A stretch of DNA of 64,000 bases from a candidate division FCPU426 bacterium. GTDB taxonomy: Bacteria > Oederibacteriota > Muellerivitia > Muellerivitales > Muellerivitaceae. Of the stretch, positions 54,113 to 64,000 are shown piece after piece. The stretch is taken from assembly GCA_963738405.1 (NCBI GenBank), contig CAVTWJ010000004.1, forward strand, positions 13,499-77,498, read 5' to 3'. The position numbers were made by a program, and so were the translations under genes. The notes beneath the pieces are model-generated. The model saw only the letters and a program-made list of their open reading frames with translations, made no database searches and was not told where the DNA came from. Positions within the stretch are counted from its first letter, which is position 1. Every line of letters starts with the position of its first letter.

Positions 54113-56755
54113 TTAAGCTTTCGCCGGTAATTCAAGGGTGAACTCGGTAAATTTCCCCTTTTCACTCCTCGCCGAGATCCTTCCCCCTTGCTCCCGCAAA
54201 ATGCGGTAGCAAATACTCAAACCCAATCCCATGCCCTGTCCCACGTCTTTGGTCGTAAAAAAGGGATCAAAGATTTTATCCAGGTTTTCGGGGTTGATTC
54301 CTGAACCGTTGTCCCGGACCTGGATGAACACCTTCCCGTTTTCAAAACGGCTCTTAATCCATATCAGGGGCTCTTCGCCATCGAAATTCTTTTCCTTCAG
54401 GGCGTCGGAGGAATTTTGAATCAAATTCACGAAAACATGGATCATCTTGTTCCGGTCGGCCAGGACCTGCTGGTCTTCCGGCACTTCGATTTCGACCTTG
54501 ACCCTATCCTTTAATTCGTGGCCCAGAAAGCGTAAGGCGTTGGAAAGAATTTCTTTTAAGCCGATCAGGTCCACGCTTCCCCCTGCCTTGGGGTGGGTGA
54601 AGCTGCGAAGATCGGACACGATGCGCTGAACCCGGTTCACTCCGTCCTCGATATCGGTGACGGTTTCAACGAACTTTTCCCTTTCTTGATCGGGCAGGCG
54701 GTCTTTTTTCGCTTTCAACAGATAGAGGGCTTGCACGGCGTAATTGAGAGGGTTGTTGATCTCATGAATAATACCGGCGCTGAGACGCCCAAGGGAAGCC
54801 ATCTTTTCGTTTTGGACCAATTGCCCTTCCGTTTCCTTCAGCTGTTCGAGAGTCGTTTCTAGTGCACTTTTTTGTCGGATCAACTCCCGCTGAAATTGAT
54901 GGGATTCGATCAAATTTTTGACTCGTACATGCAGTTCGGTGTTGGAAAAAGGTTTTGTCAAAAAGTCGCTCGCGCCGGCGTCCAAGGCCGAGAATTTGGT
55001 GTCCTCGTCGGCCCGGGCGGTCAAGAGCACGACAGGAATGGCTTGGGTGGAAACTTGTTTTTTCAATTCCCGGCATGCCTGGACGCCGTCTTTCTCGGGC
55101 ATCATCATGTCCAGCAGGATAAGATCGGGCAGGAACTGCTTTGCCTTTTCCACCGCCTGGTTTCCATCCACGGCCTCGATGATCTCGTAATGTTTTTCCA
55201 AGCGCGATTTGATGAACCTCAGCATGTCCGGCTCATCGTCCGCCACCAGCACCTTTTTCTTTTGGCTATTTCCGTAGTTGTCCGTGCGGAGGGACTCCGA
55301 AAGGGGCGTCAGGGTGCTGAAAAGCTCGGCTCGCCTGTAAAGATTGGTAAGCCATTCCTCGTCCTGGGCAGATTCGGCCAACATTCCACCGGGTTCCCCG
55401 GCTTTTTCGGAGACCGGAGAGGTCTTGGCCGCCTCGAAGGGAATCCGGATCGTCATGGTCGTGCCCGCTCCCAGACGGCTTTGAGCCGTGACAGAGCCCC
55501 CTTGGGCTTCTGTTAATTCCTTCACCAGGGCAAGGCCGATGCCCGTTCCCTGGTACTTCCTTTGGGCCGAGGAATCGGCTTGCCAGAAACGGTCGAAGAT
55601 AAAGGGAAGATTTTCCTCGGAAATCCCCATGCCCGTATCCTTGATCACTAATACCAGTTGGGAATCTTCTTTATTCGCGGTCAATTCCACCCGCCCCCCG
55701 CTGGGGGTGAACTTCAAGGCGTTAAAAAGGAGATTGAGGATGATTTTTTCCATTTTGTTCTGATCCAGCATGACGGCGCCAATGGATTCGTGGACGCGGG
55801 TGGAGAGGTTGATCCGCTTGTCCTTCGCCGTGCCCTGAATGGACTGGATCAAACCCTTCACGAAGAGTTCCAAATTCACTGGTTCTTTTTTGACCTCCAT
55901 GCGGCCCGATTCCAGCTTGGCCAGGTCCAGAAGGTCATTGATCAGTTTCAATAAACGCATTGCGTTGTTTTCCATGGTGGACAGGATGTCCCTGGATTCC
56001 TCATCCAACAGATGCTTTTTTTGATTTCTCAGGGCCTGGAGGGGCGAAACGAGAAGCGTTAAGGGCGTTCGGAGTTCATGGCTGATATTGGCGAAGAAAC
56101 GGCTTTTCATTTGATCCATCTCGATCAGTTTTTGATTGGTTTCCGCAAGTTTTTTTCGGTTCTGGTCCAGCTCATAACGGGTCGTGAACTCCCGGATGCG
56201 CAGGCGGTTAGTGAAATAACTTCCAACGACCGCGAAAGTGGAAGTCAGAATGAGGAAATAGGTATTGTTGAAAAAAAGGCCACCGAAGGAAACCGGCCCG
56301 TGGGCAAAGCAGGCGGTTAAGTACATCAGAAAGGTCAGCCCGGAAAAAATGAGCGTTTCCTGGTAGGTCCAGGGAGAGACCAGGCAAAAGGCCACCAAAA
56401 CCACGTTGAGCCCGGCGTAATAGGGGGAGTGGGCTCCTTCCGAAGCGTAAATCATCCAGGCGATGGCGCCCTGGGGCACCATGAGCATGGCGATGAAGAA
56501 AACCCGGTCCAATCGCGCGGCCCAGGGGCGGTAATAAAGGATTAAAAATATGCCCACCAATAAGGAAGAATACAATCGGAGCTCTAAAAAATAAGGAACC
56601 AACGAGGGATAAACATTCATGTCCAACGATATGCCCGCCGGCATCCCAACCATCGCGAAGATACATACGATTTTAAATAAACGGGACCTTTCCGCCCGGT
56701 TGTAATCCTCATAGGCTTTTTGAACTTCAGGCTGTTCCAGCAGTTTTTCTTTCAT
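54113..56755 (-). CDS. Multidomain hybrid sensor histidine kinase (7-8 TM sensor, HisKA+HATPase, REC, second HisKA+HATPase)
   Basis: N-terminal polytopic domain; H-box 1 [10 protein letters not shown]; HATPase 1 [17 protein letters not shown]; [25 protein letters not shown]; H-box 2 [10 protein letters not shown]; HATPase 2 [17 protein letters not shown]. Confidence 0.85.
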   Translation of the reverse strand: MKEKLLEQPEVQKAYEDYNRAERSRLFKIVCIFAMVGMPAGISLDMNVYPSLVPYFLELRLYSSLLVGIFLILYYRPWAARLDRVFFIAMLMVPQGAIAWMIYASEGAHSPYYAGLNVVLVAFCLVSPWTYQETLIFSGLTFLMYLTACFAHGPVSFGGLFFNNTYFLILTSTFAVVGSYFTNRLRIREFTTRYELDQNRKKLAETNQKLIEMDQMKSRFFANISHELRTPLTLLVSPLQALRNQKKHLLDEESRDILSTMENNAMRLLKLINDLLDLAKLESGRMEVKKEPVNLELFVKGLIQSIQGTAKDKRINLSTRVHESIGAVMLDQNKMEKIILNLLFNALKFTPSGGRVELTANKEDSQLVLVIKDTGMGISEENLPFIFDRFWQADSSAQRKYQGTGIGLALVKELTEAQGGSVTAQSRLGAGTTMTIRIPFEAAKTSPVSEKAGEPGGMLAESAQDEEWLTNLYRRAELFSTLTPLSESLRTDNYGNSQKKKVLVADDEPDMLRFIKSRLEKHYEIIEAVDGNQAVEKAKQFLPDLILLDMMMPEKDGVQACRELKKQVSTQAIPVVLLTARADEDTKFSALDAGASDFLTKPFSNTELHVRVKNLIESHQFQRELIRQKSALETTLEQLKETEGQLVQNEKMASLGRLSAGIIHEINNPLNYAVQALYLLKAKKDRLPDQEREKFVETVTDIEDGVNRVQRIVSDLRSFTHPKAGGSVDLIGLKEILSNALRFLGHELKDRVKVEIEVPEDQQVLADRNKMIHVFVNLIQNSSDALKEKNFDGEEPLIWIKSRFENGKVFIQVRDNGSGINPENLDKIFDPFFTTKDVGQGMGLGLSICYRILREQGGRISARSEKGKFTEFTLELPAKA

Positions 56756-58167
56756 TTGGGTTTCCTCACCTCAAGAAAAATATTGATGCCTGTGTCTTCC
56801 AATGTGATTTCGCAAGCACCCTCGGGGGCACCTTCGGGTTTAAGGATGCCCATTTGTTCCCGATTTCGATAGATCAAATGCCATTCCATGAAACTTTCCA
56901 TCGTGTTAATCAGAGGATTGGTGGGCGTTACGTTCGTCGCCAGCAGCAGCCCACCCGGAGCCAGAAGGGCATAGAAATAATCCATCAGTTTTTTGCAAAT
57001 CCGGTCCTCCAGGTAATCGAAAAGGCCTGCGACATAGATGAAATCATAGACCCCTTCCTTTGGGCCTTCGTAGGGTTTGAAAGTTTCTTTAAGGATATGG
57101 TTGACGGATTTCTTGACCATTTTGATGGGCGTCCCACGGCGGTGTCGGCTCTTGATGTCATCCAAAATCTTTCCAGTGAATTCCAGGGTCTCGTCGTTGA
57201 AGTCATACAGGGTAAAGTCCGCCTTTTCGCAATAATCGTCGTGGGCCAGGAAGTTTTGGACTTCTTTGGCTGGGCCGCAGGCCATGTCCAGAACCCGAAG
57301 GGTGCGGTTTTCCCGGATCGCCCGCATGGTTTCCTCGTTCAACCTTTGGATGAGGTGCTTGATGCGGTTGCGGTGGGCTTCGCAGGGCGGCGAATTCACA
57401 AACCAGAGGTTCACGATCTTGGCGAAAAGGGTGCTTCCCTCCAGGGGGTCCCTCAGCATCATATTGACCATTTCATAATCGCCGGCGTACCCCAGCGGTT
57501 TTTGAAAACTGCGGTAAACAAAGGGCGAGCAAAGAATGATGGGGTGCATTTGCCGGCGGCTGTAGGAACGGTGGATGGATTGAAGCTCGGGGGGTATCCC
57601 CGCGATGGTCTCCTCAAATCGCTCGAAGAGCGATGAAACAGTCGGGGCGATGGGGTCCTTCAATTGAAGGATGACGTCCCGTTCAGTCTGGTTCCGGTTC
57701 CCCGAGGGTTCGGACCGGATGCTCAATTCCACCTGTTCCAGCCAGCGGCGCATATCCATCAAGAAAGTCTGCATATCGGCGATCACCACCTTGAGGTTGT
57801 CCTCGATGTGGTGGATCTTGTCCCATTCTTTCAGAAATTCGGAAAATTCGCTCTGAAGCTTGTCTTTCTGGTGGATGGAGGAAAAGATATCAACGTCCAG
57901 CCAATTGTCCTCCAGGGTGCATTCGCAAACCAGGAGGATGCCGGTGTTCAACAGGTTGCTCACGACCGCGCGGCCGGAATAAACCATCCGTTCATTCATC
58001 ACCATCTTAAAATCGGTCAGGACCTCAGAGAGCTGGAGAATGCTGTAAGGGTTGTAAACCTCGAAGACGACCGAATAACGGGTCAGCCGCAGGAGGGTGG
58101 CCCGCACCTCGGCTCCCTGGCTGTTGCGGCAGTGGATAAAAGTGTCTCTACCCGTCGAGATGGACAT
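56752..58167 (-). CDS. Two-domain SAM-dependent methyltransferase (PhcB-like: N-terminal domain of unknown function plus C-terminal class I MTase)
   Basis: MTase motif I LRVLDMACGPAKEV, acidic-loop FTLYDFNDE, motif II/III YDFIYVAGLFDYLED; start refined to MSISTGRD to avoid the 110-nt overlap with the PPTase. Confidence 0.75.
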   Translation of the reverse strand: MSISTGRDTFIHCRNSQGAEVRATLLRLTRYSVVFEVYNPYSILQLSEVLTDFKMVMNERMVYSGRAVVSNLLNTGILLVCECTLEDNWLDVDIFSSIHQKDKLQSEFSEFLKEWDKIHHIEDNLKVVIADMQTFLMDMRRWLEQVELSIRSEPSGNRNQTERDVILQLKDPIAPTVSSLFERFEETIAGIPPELQSIHRSYSRRQMHPIILCSPFVYRSFQKPLGYAGDYEMVNMMLRDPLEGSTLFAKIVNLWFVNSPPCEAHRNRIKHLIQRLNEETMRAIRENRTLRVLDMACGPAKEVQNFLAHDDYCEKADFTLYDFNDETLEFTGKILDDIKSRHRRGTPIKMVKKSVNHILKETFKPYEGPKEGVYDFIYVAGLFDYLEDRICKKLMDYFYALLAPGGLLLATNVTPTNPLINTMESFMEWHLIYRNREQMGILKPEGAPEGACEITLEDTGINIFLEVRKPK

Positions 58168-58184
58168 GTCGCTTTTTTTCCGAT

Positions 58185-59021
58185 CTAAGATGGGGTCTTT
58201 GAATATCGAAACTCCAGAGTTTCCCGCAGTTTCTTTTCGTCCCAGTGGAATTTTTGATAAATCGGGCTGGGACCTTTCCGTGAAGAAGCCAGCCAATTTT
58301 CATTCCCGGGCCCGGTGATTTCACCGAGGATCGTCGCGTGACTCAAACAATAGCGGTCCTCCAACACGAATTGGGAAAATAGTTCGACAGAACCCCGGCG
58401 GATTCGTCCTTCCGGAGGAAAGGAAACCGTGAAAGAACCGTCATCCCCGCCCCATCCCAGGCCCATCGCCTTCAGAAATGCTTCTTTTAGGGTAAAGATT
58501 CTCAGAAATACCAAAGGGCGTAAGGCTCGCGGCTGCTTCTCCAGATATTCTTTTTCCTCCGTGGAAAAATAACGGTCCGCGATCAGCCGCCAATCTCTAT
58601 TTTTCGACTCCATAAGCGCTAGTTCCACATCGATTCCAACAGGAAAAGCTGAAACCGTCAGGGCCACTAGGCCTTCCGTATGGGAAAGATTGAAATGTAA
58701 GTCCCGGCTTCTCAAAGCGGGTTTACCGGAGGGACTTAGGATGAATTCTAAATCTATCATTTCCCGGCCAGTGTAAAAAGAAAGCAAGTGACGGGTCAGG
58801 ATGCGGGAAAAAAGAAATTCCTTCTTGGCGTAATGCAAACTCAGGAAATGAAAATCGCGATTTTCGTCAGGGCTCAGAAAATGAATCAGGAATTCGTCCG
58901 GATGTTGAGTGGGTTTGGAATCAAATTCAAGAAGGTGAATGTGGATCGCATTGAGAGATAGAGCTTCGGGGCTCTCTGTCTTGCGGTCCATCGCAAGGTT
59001 TGGGTTGGGGAGGGTCATCAT
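58185..59021 (-). CDS. 4'-phosphopantetheinyl transferase (Sfp/EntD family)
   Basis: PPTase motifs FNLSHTEG, GIDVE, FTLKEAFLKAMG. Confidence 0.8.
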   Translation of the reverse strand: MMTLPNPNLAMDRKTESPEALSLNAIHIHLLEFDSKPTQHPDEFLIHFLSPDENRDFHFLSLHYAKKEFLFSRILTRHLLSFYTGREMIDLEFILSPSGKPALRSRDLHFNLSHTEGLVALTVSAFPVGIDVELALMESKNRDWRLIADRYFSTEEKEYLEKQPRALRPLVFLRIFTLKEAFLKAMGLGWGGDDGSFTVSFPPEGRIRRGSVELFSQFVLEDRYCLSHATILGEITGPGNENWLASSRKGPSPIYQKFHWDEKKLRETLEFRYSKTPS

Positions 59022-59737
59022 CCGGCGCCGCCGTCCATCACCATGACACTTCCATTGAGGTATTCCGGGGCTTCCTCCGCTAGAAAATAGACAACGCGGG
59101 CGACCTCCTTCGGTTCACAGAAACGTTTCAAGGGAACGACTTGAAGAAGGGCTTCCTTCGCCTGCGGGGAAAGCTTATCGATCATGGGGGTGGTCACCCC
59201 TGCCGGCGCCACCACATTGGCGATGACCCCGTAGGGTCCGCATTCCTTGGCCAAGGCCTTAGTAAAACCGATGATGCCGGCCTTGGAGGCTGAATAGTTG
59301 GTCTGACCCGGCAATCCATGGATTCCGGAAACGGAAGAAAGATTAATGATCCGGCCGTTCTTTTTTTTCATCATGTCGGTGGCGAAGCGGCGGGTCAGGT
59401 GAAAAACGCCTGTCAGGTTGGTGTTCAAAACATCCGTCCAATCCTCATCTTTCATAGCGAAAAGGGGTTTGTCCCGGGTGATTCCGGCGTTGTTCACGAG
59501 TACGTCCACATTCTTTTCTTCGTCTAAAACCGCTTTGCAGAAACGATCGCAAGCTTCCCGGTCCGCCACATCTAGATGATGGGCCCGGGTCTTTCCGTCA
59601 AAGCGTCCCTCGATCTCACGGGCTGAAGCCTCATTGGAATGGAACGTGAAATGAACCTTCCATCCTGCGGCCGCGAAGGTTTCCACCAGACTTTTCCCGA
59701 TACCGGAGGAACCGCCCGAAATAACCACCTTTTTCAT
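59018..59737 (-). CDS. fabG: SDR-family 3-oxoacyl-ACP reductase (FabG-like ketoreductase)
   Basis: GGSSGIGKS Rossmann motif, NNAG, catalytic S...YSASK. Confidence 0.85.
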   Translation of the reverse strand: MKKVVISGGSSGIGKSLVETFAAAGWKVHFTFHSNEASAREIEGRFDGKTRAHHLDVADREACDRFCKAVLDEEKNVDVLVNNAGITRDKPLFAMKDEDWTDVLNTNLTGVFHLTRRFATDMMKKKNGRIINLSSVSGIHGLPGQTNYSASKAGIIGFTKALAKECGPYGVIANVVAPAGVTTPMIDKLSPQAKEALLQVVPLKRFCEPKEVARVVYFLAEEAPEYLNGSVMVMDGGAG

Positions 59738-60183
59738 GAAAGCCTCAATTTTCCAATAAGAAATTTTCCGGAAGCCACTTCATTTCCATCGACATAACCC
59801 TTTCCCTCGAAGATCCGGTTCGGCGGGACCGTTTTGGTCAGCTTCATATGAATTTCCAGCTGATCCCCCGGAAAAAGGGGCTTGAGGAACCGAAATTCCA
59901 ATACCGCCCCAATCGCGTCAAAGACCCCATCCACCGCCGACCCTTCCGTCAAACGGATCAGGAGGGTGGCGGCCTGGGCGAAGCATTCGATGGTTAATAC
60001 CCCCGGAAATACCGGATAGTCCGGAAAATGGCCCTGGAAATGGATGTCGTTGACGGTGATGTTTTTAAGCGTGTGAAGTTCCTTTCCCTTTTCCCAGGAT
60101 AAAACCCTATCCACCATGAACAATGGAAAGCGCTGTTTTAAAAAGGACAGGTCTGGAATTTCCTCCATGGGCTCAAGCGGCAT
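59734..60183 (-). CDS. FabZ/FabA-like 3-hydroxyacyl-ACP dehydratase (hotdog fold)
   Basis: HFQGHFPDYPVFPGVLTIECFAQA (catalytic His and Glu); start could be M at 60183 or M at 60168 (MEEIPD, aligning with FabZ N-termini). Confidence 0.8.
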   Translation of the reverse strand: MPLEPMEEIPDLSFLKQRFPLFMVDRVLSWEKGKELHTLKNITVNDIHFQGHFPDYPVFPGVLTIECFAQAATLLIRLTEGSAVDGVFDAIGAVLEFRFLKPLFPGDQLEIHMKLTKTVPPNRIFEGKGYVDGNEVASGKFLIGKLRLS

Positions 60184-60421
60184 GAACCATCCCTTCAATT
60201 ACTTCCGACGCCGTATTTACTGTCCCCATTTTGATCAGCTGGTCGGGATCGATCATAACGTTGAACTCGGTTTCCAGCTTGGCCAGGAATTCCAGAGCCC
60301 TCATGGAATCATACTTGGCCATTTCCTTGAAGGGCTTCTCATCCGCAACGTCAGCCGGAGGCACGTCGAACATCCCGGCGATAATTTCCCGAATCTTCGA
60401 TTTGATTTCAGCGGCTTCCAT
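60173..60421 (-). CDS. Acyl carrier protein
   Basis: 82 aa, phosphopantetheine-attachment motif YDSMRALEF (DSM-type serine). Confidence 0.85.
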   Translation of the reverse strand: MEAAEIKSKIREIIAGMFDVPPADVADEKPFKEMAKYDSMRALEFLAKLETEFNVMIDPDQLIKMGTVNTASEVIEGMVHAA

Positions 60422-61330
60422 TTATTGGCTCCTTTTTTTTCGAGCGATTTTAACCAGCGATATCCTTTTTTCTTCCGCCGCGACGGCCCCGAGAACCCCC
60501 AAATGATTGGGGGAGGATAAGAAATGTTCCAGGGAAATCCTTCCGTTGAGGCCCAATTCCAGGATAGAGGAATTGGGAACAAAACGGAAAACTCCTTCCG
60601 GCAGCAGTTTTTCCACCGGAGTTGCCATCGGGAGTCCGATCCATTCGGCCTCGTCCAGAAGGCTTTTCAAAATATTCCCCGAGCCTGCCGGCAAGGTTCC
60701 GTCCGGCTTCCATTGCGCCGAGGCGTAATCCTCAACTTGTAGAAAGCCCTCGTCATCCTCCGAACCCGACGCCCGCATCAAAAAGGCTCCTTCCTGGATG
60801 GTAAGGCTCGGGTTTCCTTTGAGGCCCGCCTTTTTAAGAAATTCCGGAATCTTTTCGGCCGCGCCCACCAGGCAGCTTTGAAAAAGGCCGCCATTCATAC
60901 CTTCCCATGCGAAGCCTAAAGCGTCGATAAAAGAGGTTCCGCCGTTGGTCAAGGTAATGTTCGGCCCCTTGAGCTGCAGCCAAATGCCAATCCGGCTTCC
61001 CGCCGCGTTGGCAACGGTGTTTGGAAAATCCATGGGATTGACGGTATTCGGCCCCTTTATAAGGGCCTGACGGTCGAATTCCACTGAGCTTTCAAAGGCG
61101 CCGAAGGCCGTTCCCAGGATGACCGCGTCGGTCGGGTTTGGAACGGGAGGATTGTCGCCCCGTCGGAAAATCCGGCCTGCGGCGATTCCCGCCATCAGGG
61201 AAAGGGTGTCGATGTATTTGGGCGATTGATCCGGGAAAAGGGCCTGAAATTCTCCGGGTAAATCCTCCATTTTAAGCCCCTCCTGACCCAGTAGGACAGA
61301 GGCCTTCCGCTGGAGGACGAGAGGTTTCAT
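60422..61330 (-). CDS. Ketosynthase-like partner without an active-site Cys (chain-length-factor / KS-beta-like)
   Basis: 302 aa thiolase-fold-like with no ACxSG cysteine motif; translationally coupled (ATGA) to the upstream KS. Confidence 0.65.
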   Translation of the reverse strand: MKPLVLQRKASVLLGQEGLKMEDLPGEFQALFPDQSPKYIDTLSLMAGIAAGRIFRRGDNPPVPNPTDAVILGTAFGAFESSVEFDRQALIKGPNTVNPMDFPNTVANAAGSRIGIWLQLKGPNITLTNGGTSFIDALGFAWEGMNGGLFQSCLVGAAEKIPEFLKKAGLKGNPSLTIQEGAFLMRASGSEDDEGFLQVEDYASAQWKPDGTLPAGSGNILKSLLDEAEWIGLPMATPVEKLLPEGVFRFVPNSSILELGLNGRISLEHFLSSPNHLGVLGAVAAEEKRISLVKIARKKRSQ

Positions 61331-62589
61331 GAGGAAGCCTCCGGTTTTATCAAGACTAAGCAGGAGGTATTGCCGCCAAAGGCAAAGGAATTGGAAAGGG
61401 CCACCCGGCCCTGGAAGGCCCTGGCCTGGTTGGGAACGCAGTCCGCGATACAGTTTTCGTCGGGAGTATCCCAGTTGATGGTGGGGAGAAGAATTCCTTT
61501 TTCCAGGGAGAGGCAGGTCATGACAGCCTCAATAGCGCTGGCCGCGCCCATGGTGTGCCCGATCATGGACTTGATGGAATTCACCGGGACGGGCCGTTCG
61601 GTGCCGAGCGCTTTTTTGATAGCGGTGGATTCGGTCTTGTCGTTGGCGGGGGTTCCGGTGCCGTGGGCTGAAACACAATCCACATCGGCGGCCTTTAGGC
61701 CCGACTGGTCGAGCGCCCGCTCGATGCTGGCCAGGGCGCCTTCCCCTTCCGGGTGGGGGGAAGTCATGTGATAGGCGTCCATCCCCAGTCCGTAGCCGCC
61801 CACCTCGCAATAGATATGGGCGCCCCTGGCCCTGGCCCTCTGTTCCTCCTCGAGCAAAAGAACACCCACTCCCTCGCTGACTACCAGCCCTTTCCGGTTG
61901 GCGGAGAAGGGGCGGCATTTGTCGGGGGTAAGGGAAAGCAGGCGGTTGAAACCGGTAAAGGCAATCCTTGAGAAGGGGTCCACTCCTCCGCATAGGGCCG
62001 CGTCCAAACGGCCTTGCCGGATCTGCTCAAGTCCCCACCCAATGGCGTAATTCCCGGAGGCACAGGCGTTGGAAAATACAAGCGACCGTCCTCCCAGTTT
62101 CAAAAAATTCAAAACGGAAGAGGCAATACTGGAAGCCTGAACCCGGTGAAAGGAGGCTGGTTCCATTTCGGAGTTATCTGTTTGGATTTGGGTTTTGGAG
62201 AGGCGCTCCGTCAGCTGAATTTCACCCATCGTTGTCCCAAAGAAACAGCCGAATCGAATTGAATCCAAGTCGCCCGGCGCAAGACCGGCGTCCTGTAGGG
62301 TTTCTTGAGAGGCAAGGATGGAAAGGATCGAAGCCATTTCATACCGGCCTGGGTTTTCTCGTTCAAAATTTTCCAAACGTTGGCGGTCTTTGATCTCGCC
62401 GCCGATTTTGACCCGGTAAGGGGAAGGGTCCATTAACGTCAGGGGCGCTACTCCGGACTGGCCCTCTGCCATGGCCGTCCATACCGAAGCGACCCCGTCT
62501 CCCAATGGACAGATCACACCCAAACCGGTTACAACGGCTCTTTTGTGTTTCATCCCGGGCTCCTGTTTCTTTGCGACTGGCGAGTACAA
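61327..62589 (-). CDS. Beta-ketoacyl-ACP synthase (KAS II/FabF-like, KS-alpha)
   Basis: Catalytic triad context SNACASGNYAIG, HGTGTPANDKTE, IGHTMGAASAIEA; 420 aa; first gene of the minus-strand operon. Confidence 0.9.
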   Translation of the reverse strand: MYSPVAKKQEPGMKHKRAVVTGLGVICPLGDGVASVWTAMAEGQSGVAPLTLMDPSPYRVKIGGEIKDRQRLENFERENPGRYEMASILSILASQETLQDAGLAPGDLDSIRFGCFFGTTMGEIQLTERLSKTQIQTDNSEMEPASFHRVQASSIASSVLNFLKLGGRSLVFSNACASGNYAIGWGLEQIRQGRLDAALCGGVDPFSRIAFTGFNRLLSLTPDKCRPFSANRKGLVVSEGVGVLLLEEEQRARARGAHIYCEVGGYGLGMDAYHMTSPHPEGEGALASIERALDQSGLKAADVDCVSAHGTGTPANDKTESTAIKKALGTERPVPVNSIKSMIGHTMGAASAIEAVMTCLSLEKGILLPTINWDTPDENCIADCVPNQARAFQGRVALSNSFAFGGNTSCLVLIKPEASS

Positions 62590-63222
62590 TTTATTAACAG
62601 ATAGAAGGGATAAAATATGTGCAACTTCATACGATGGAAAACAATTTTATGATTCCTCACGAACCCTGGATGATTATATTCATTGCGCGACTTTCAGGAG
62701 AAACCATAACGTTAAACGAAACCTATCGGGAGACTTTTTGAAAACTGTTGCTTTTTTGTCCGATTTGGAAGGAAGGACTAAGGGGAGAAGGGTTAATTAA
62801 TAGGTATTTCTTGGTTCTCGAGTCGTAAAGTTTGTTAGGTGGGGTTTGACAGAATTTTTTTCACTAAGAGTCATTTTGTTAAGTGAGTGTGAATTTGAGA
62901 AGACGAAGAGGGAGGTAAGTAACGATTGCCCTTCCACCCATCGTTAGACTCGTTCACCCCAATTAGGATGCTTATGGTTACGTAGGTTCATCCGTTAGGT
63001 GTTTCAAAACTGAATCGTGAATCAATAACTTCTTCTTTGTTTGGGTTGTAAATGCATGTTTTCTTGAATTTCTCAGATTATCGGTTAAGGACCGTGATGA
63101 TCGTTGCCTTGAAAACCCCACACAGCTCGCCTAGCTTTTAAAAGGGCTCTTTTATCCATCGGTCCCCGGTGTTAAGGTATCGTTAAATCACTTGCTTTGC
63201 TCCGCTTTCATGAGGTCATCAA

Positions 63223-64000
63223 TGGGGATTCAGGCACTTTTAGACAAATCATCTTCACTCGCCCCCGGAACCCCCCTGCCCGAAAGCACCCTCAACCGCC
63301 CGCTCATCCAAAAAGCCTACGAATTCGCCAAAAAGGCCCATGAGGGACAGCAGCGCCTATCGGGCGATGAATACCTGACCCACCTAGTCGGCGTGGCCGA
63401 CATTTTGGCCGAACTGCATATGGATTCGGTCACCATCGCCGCCGGGCTTCTTCACGATATCCTCGAAGACACCACCATTACCTTTGACCAGCTCAAGGCC
63501 GAGTTCGGCGATGAGATCGCCAATCTGGTGGACGGGGTTACCAAGATCACCAAGCGCAAGTTCCAAGATTCCACCATGCGCCAGGCCGAATCCACCCGCA
63601 AGATGATGGTGGCCATGGCCAAGGACGTGCGGGTTATCCTCATCAAACTGGCCGACCGTACCCATAATATGCGCACCCTCGAATTCCTTCCTCCCGACCG
63701 ACGGATCAAGATGGCCCAAGAAACGTTAGAACTTTACGCCCCCCTGGCCCACCGATTGGGGATATCCAAAATCAAGAGCGAGCTCGAAGACCTCTGCATG
63801 CGCACCCTTCAGCCGGATGAATACCGGGAACTGGTTAAAAAAGTGGCCATGAAGAAGGCCGAGCGGGAACAGATGCTGGAAGGCATCAAGACCCTGCTGG
63901 AACAAAGAATGAAAGAAGCGGGCATTTCCGCCCAGGTTCAGGGAAGGTCCAAACATTTCACCAGCATTTACCAGAAGATGATCCAACAGCAAAAGACCTT
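63223..64000 (+). CDS. Bifunctional (p)ppGpp synthetase/hydrolase RelA/SpoT family, N-terminal HD domain (partial, runs off the window)
   Basis: Translation ...YEFAKKAHEGQQRLSGDEYLTHLVGVADILAELHMDSVTIAAGLLHDILEDT...LIKLADRTHNMRTL... is the HD hydrolase domain; GAGGT SD before ATG 63223 (alternative ATG 63211); missed by the ORF track because no stop lies in the window. Confidence 0.85.

Noticed and set aside
62471-62800. 109-aa + strand ORF at the KS gene boundary
   Set aside because: It overlaps the 5' end of the KS gene antisense and runs into the AT-rich promoter region. It has no SD.
1-64000. Sigma54 (-24/-12, TGGCAC-N5-TTGC) promoters that might be targets of the NtrC-like regulator
   Set aside because: The only TGGCAC-like matches fall inside coding regions (e.g. 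27561 in ftsA, 4787, 51327). The regulator itself lacks GAFTGA, so no sigma54 promoter is called.

Overview
This 64 kb window comes from a GC-rich (~58-60%) bacterial chromosome that shows diderm hallmarks: an OM beta-barrel protein, many lipobox lipoproteins, an AmiC-type amidase and an O-antigen-ligase-like protein. The centre (9.4-32.9 kb, + strand) is a complete division/cell-wall (dcw) cluster: mraZ, two STAS-domain proteins, rsmH, ftsL, ftsI, murE, murF, mraY, murD, a 68-aa ORF, ftsW, murG, murC, murB, ddl, ftsQ, ftsA, ftsZ, then a polysaccharide deacetylase, an AmiC-like amidase and pgeF. The 5' flank carries small regulators, lipoproteins and a TacA/TacT-type (DUF1778/GNAT) toxin-antitoxin pair. 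After the dcw cluster comes an AT-rich stretch with about ten CTGTTAAAC repeats phased at 21 bp, upstream of an HTH-like/membrane protein. Then follow an AraC regulator, a 911-aa repetitive Thr/Pro-rich surface lipoprotein, and an AT-rich island of small membrane-protein ORFs, each preceded by a ~30-bp perfect palindrome; degenerate copies of that palindrome are dispersed through the window. Next are an OGG-type glycosylase, a two-component pair whose NtrC-like regulator has a degenerate AAA+ domain, HU, and two paralogous ~810-aa polytopic membrane proteins plus a Wzy_C/TPR protein (a candidate glycosylation module). The 3' third (52.8-62.6 kb, - strand) is a tight nine-gene operon: KS, CLF, ACP, dehydratase, ketoreductase, PPTase, a large SAM-methyltransferase, a hybrid sensor kinase and a receiver-kinase fusion. 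Its architecture parallels the Ralstonia phcBSR fatty-acid-methyl-ester quorum-sensing system with a dedicated acyl-chain synthase, and it is the best candidate here for an undescribed system. The window ends with a partial relA/spoT gene that the ORF track misses. All calls are from reading the sequence and translations; no searches were run.
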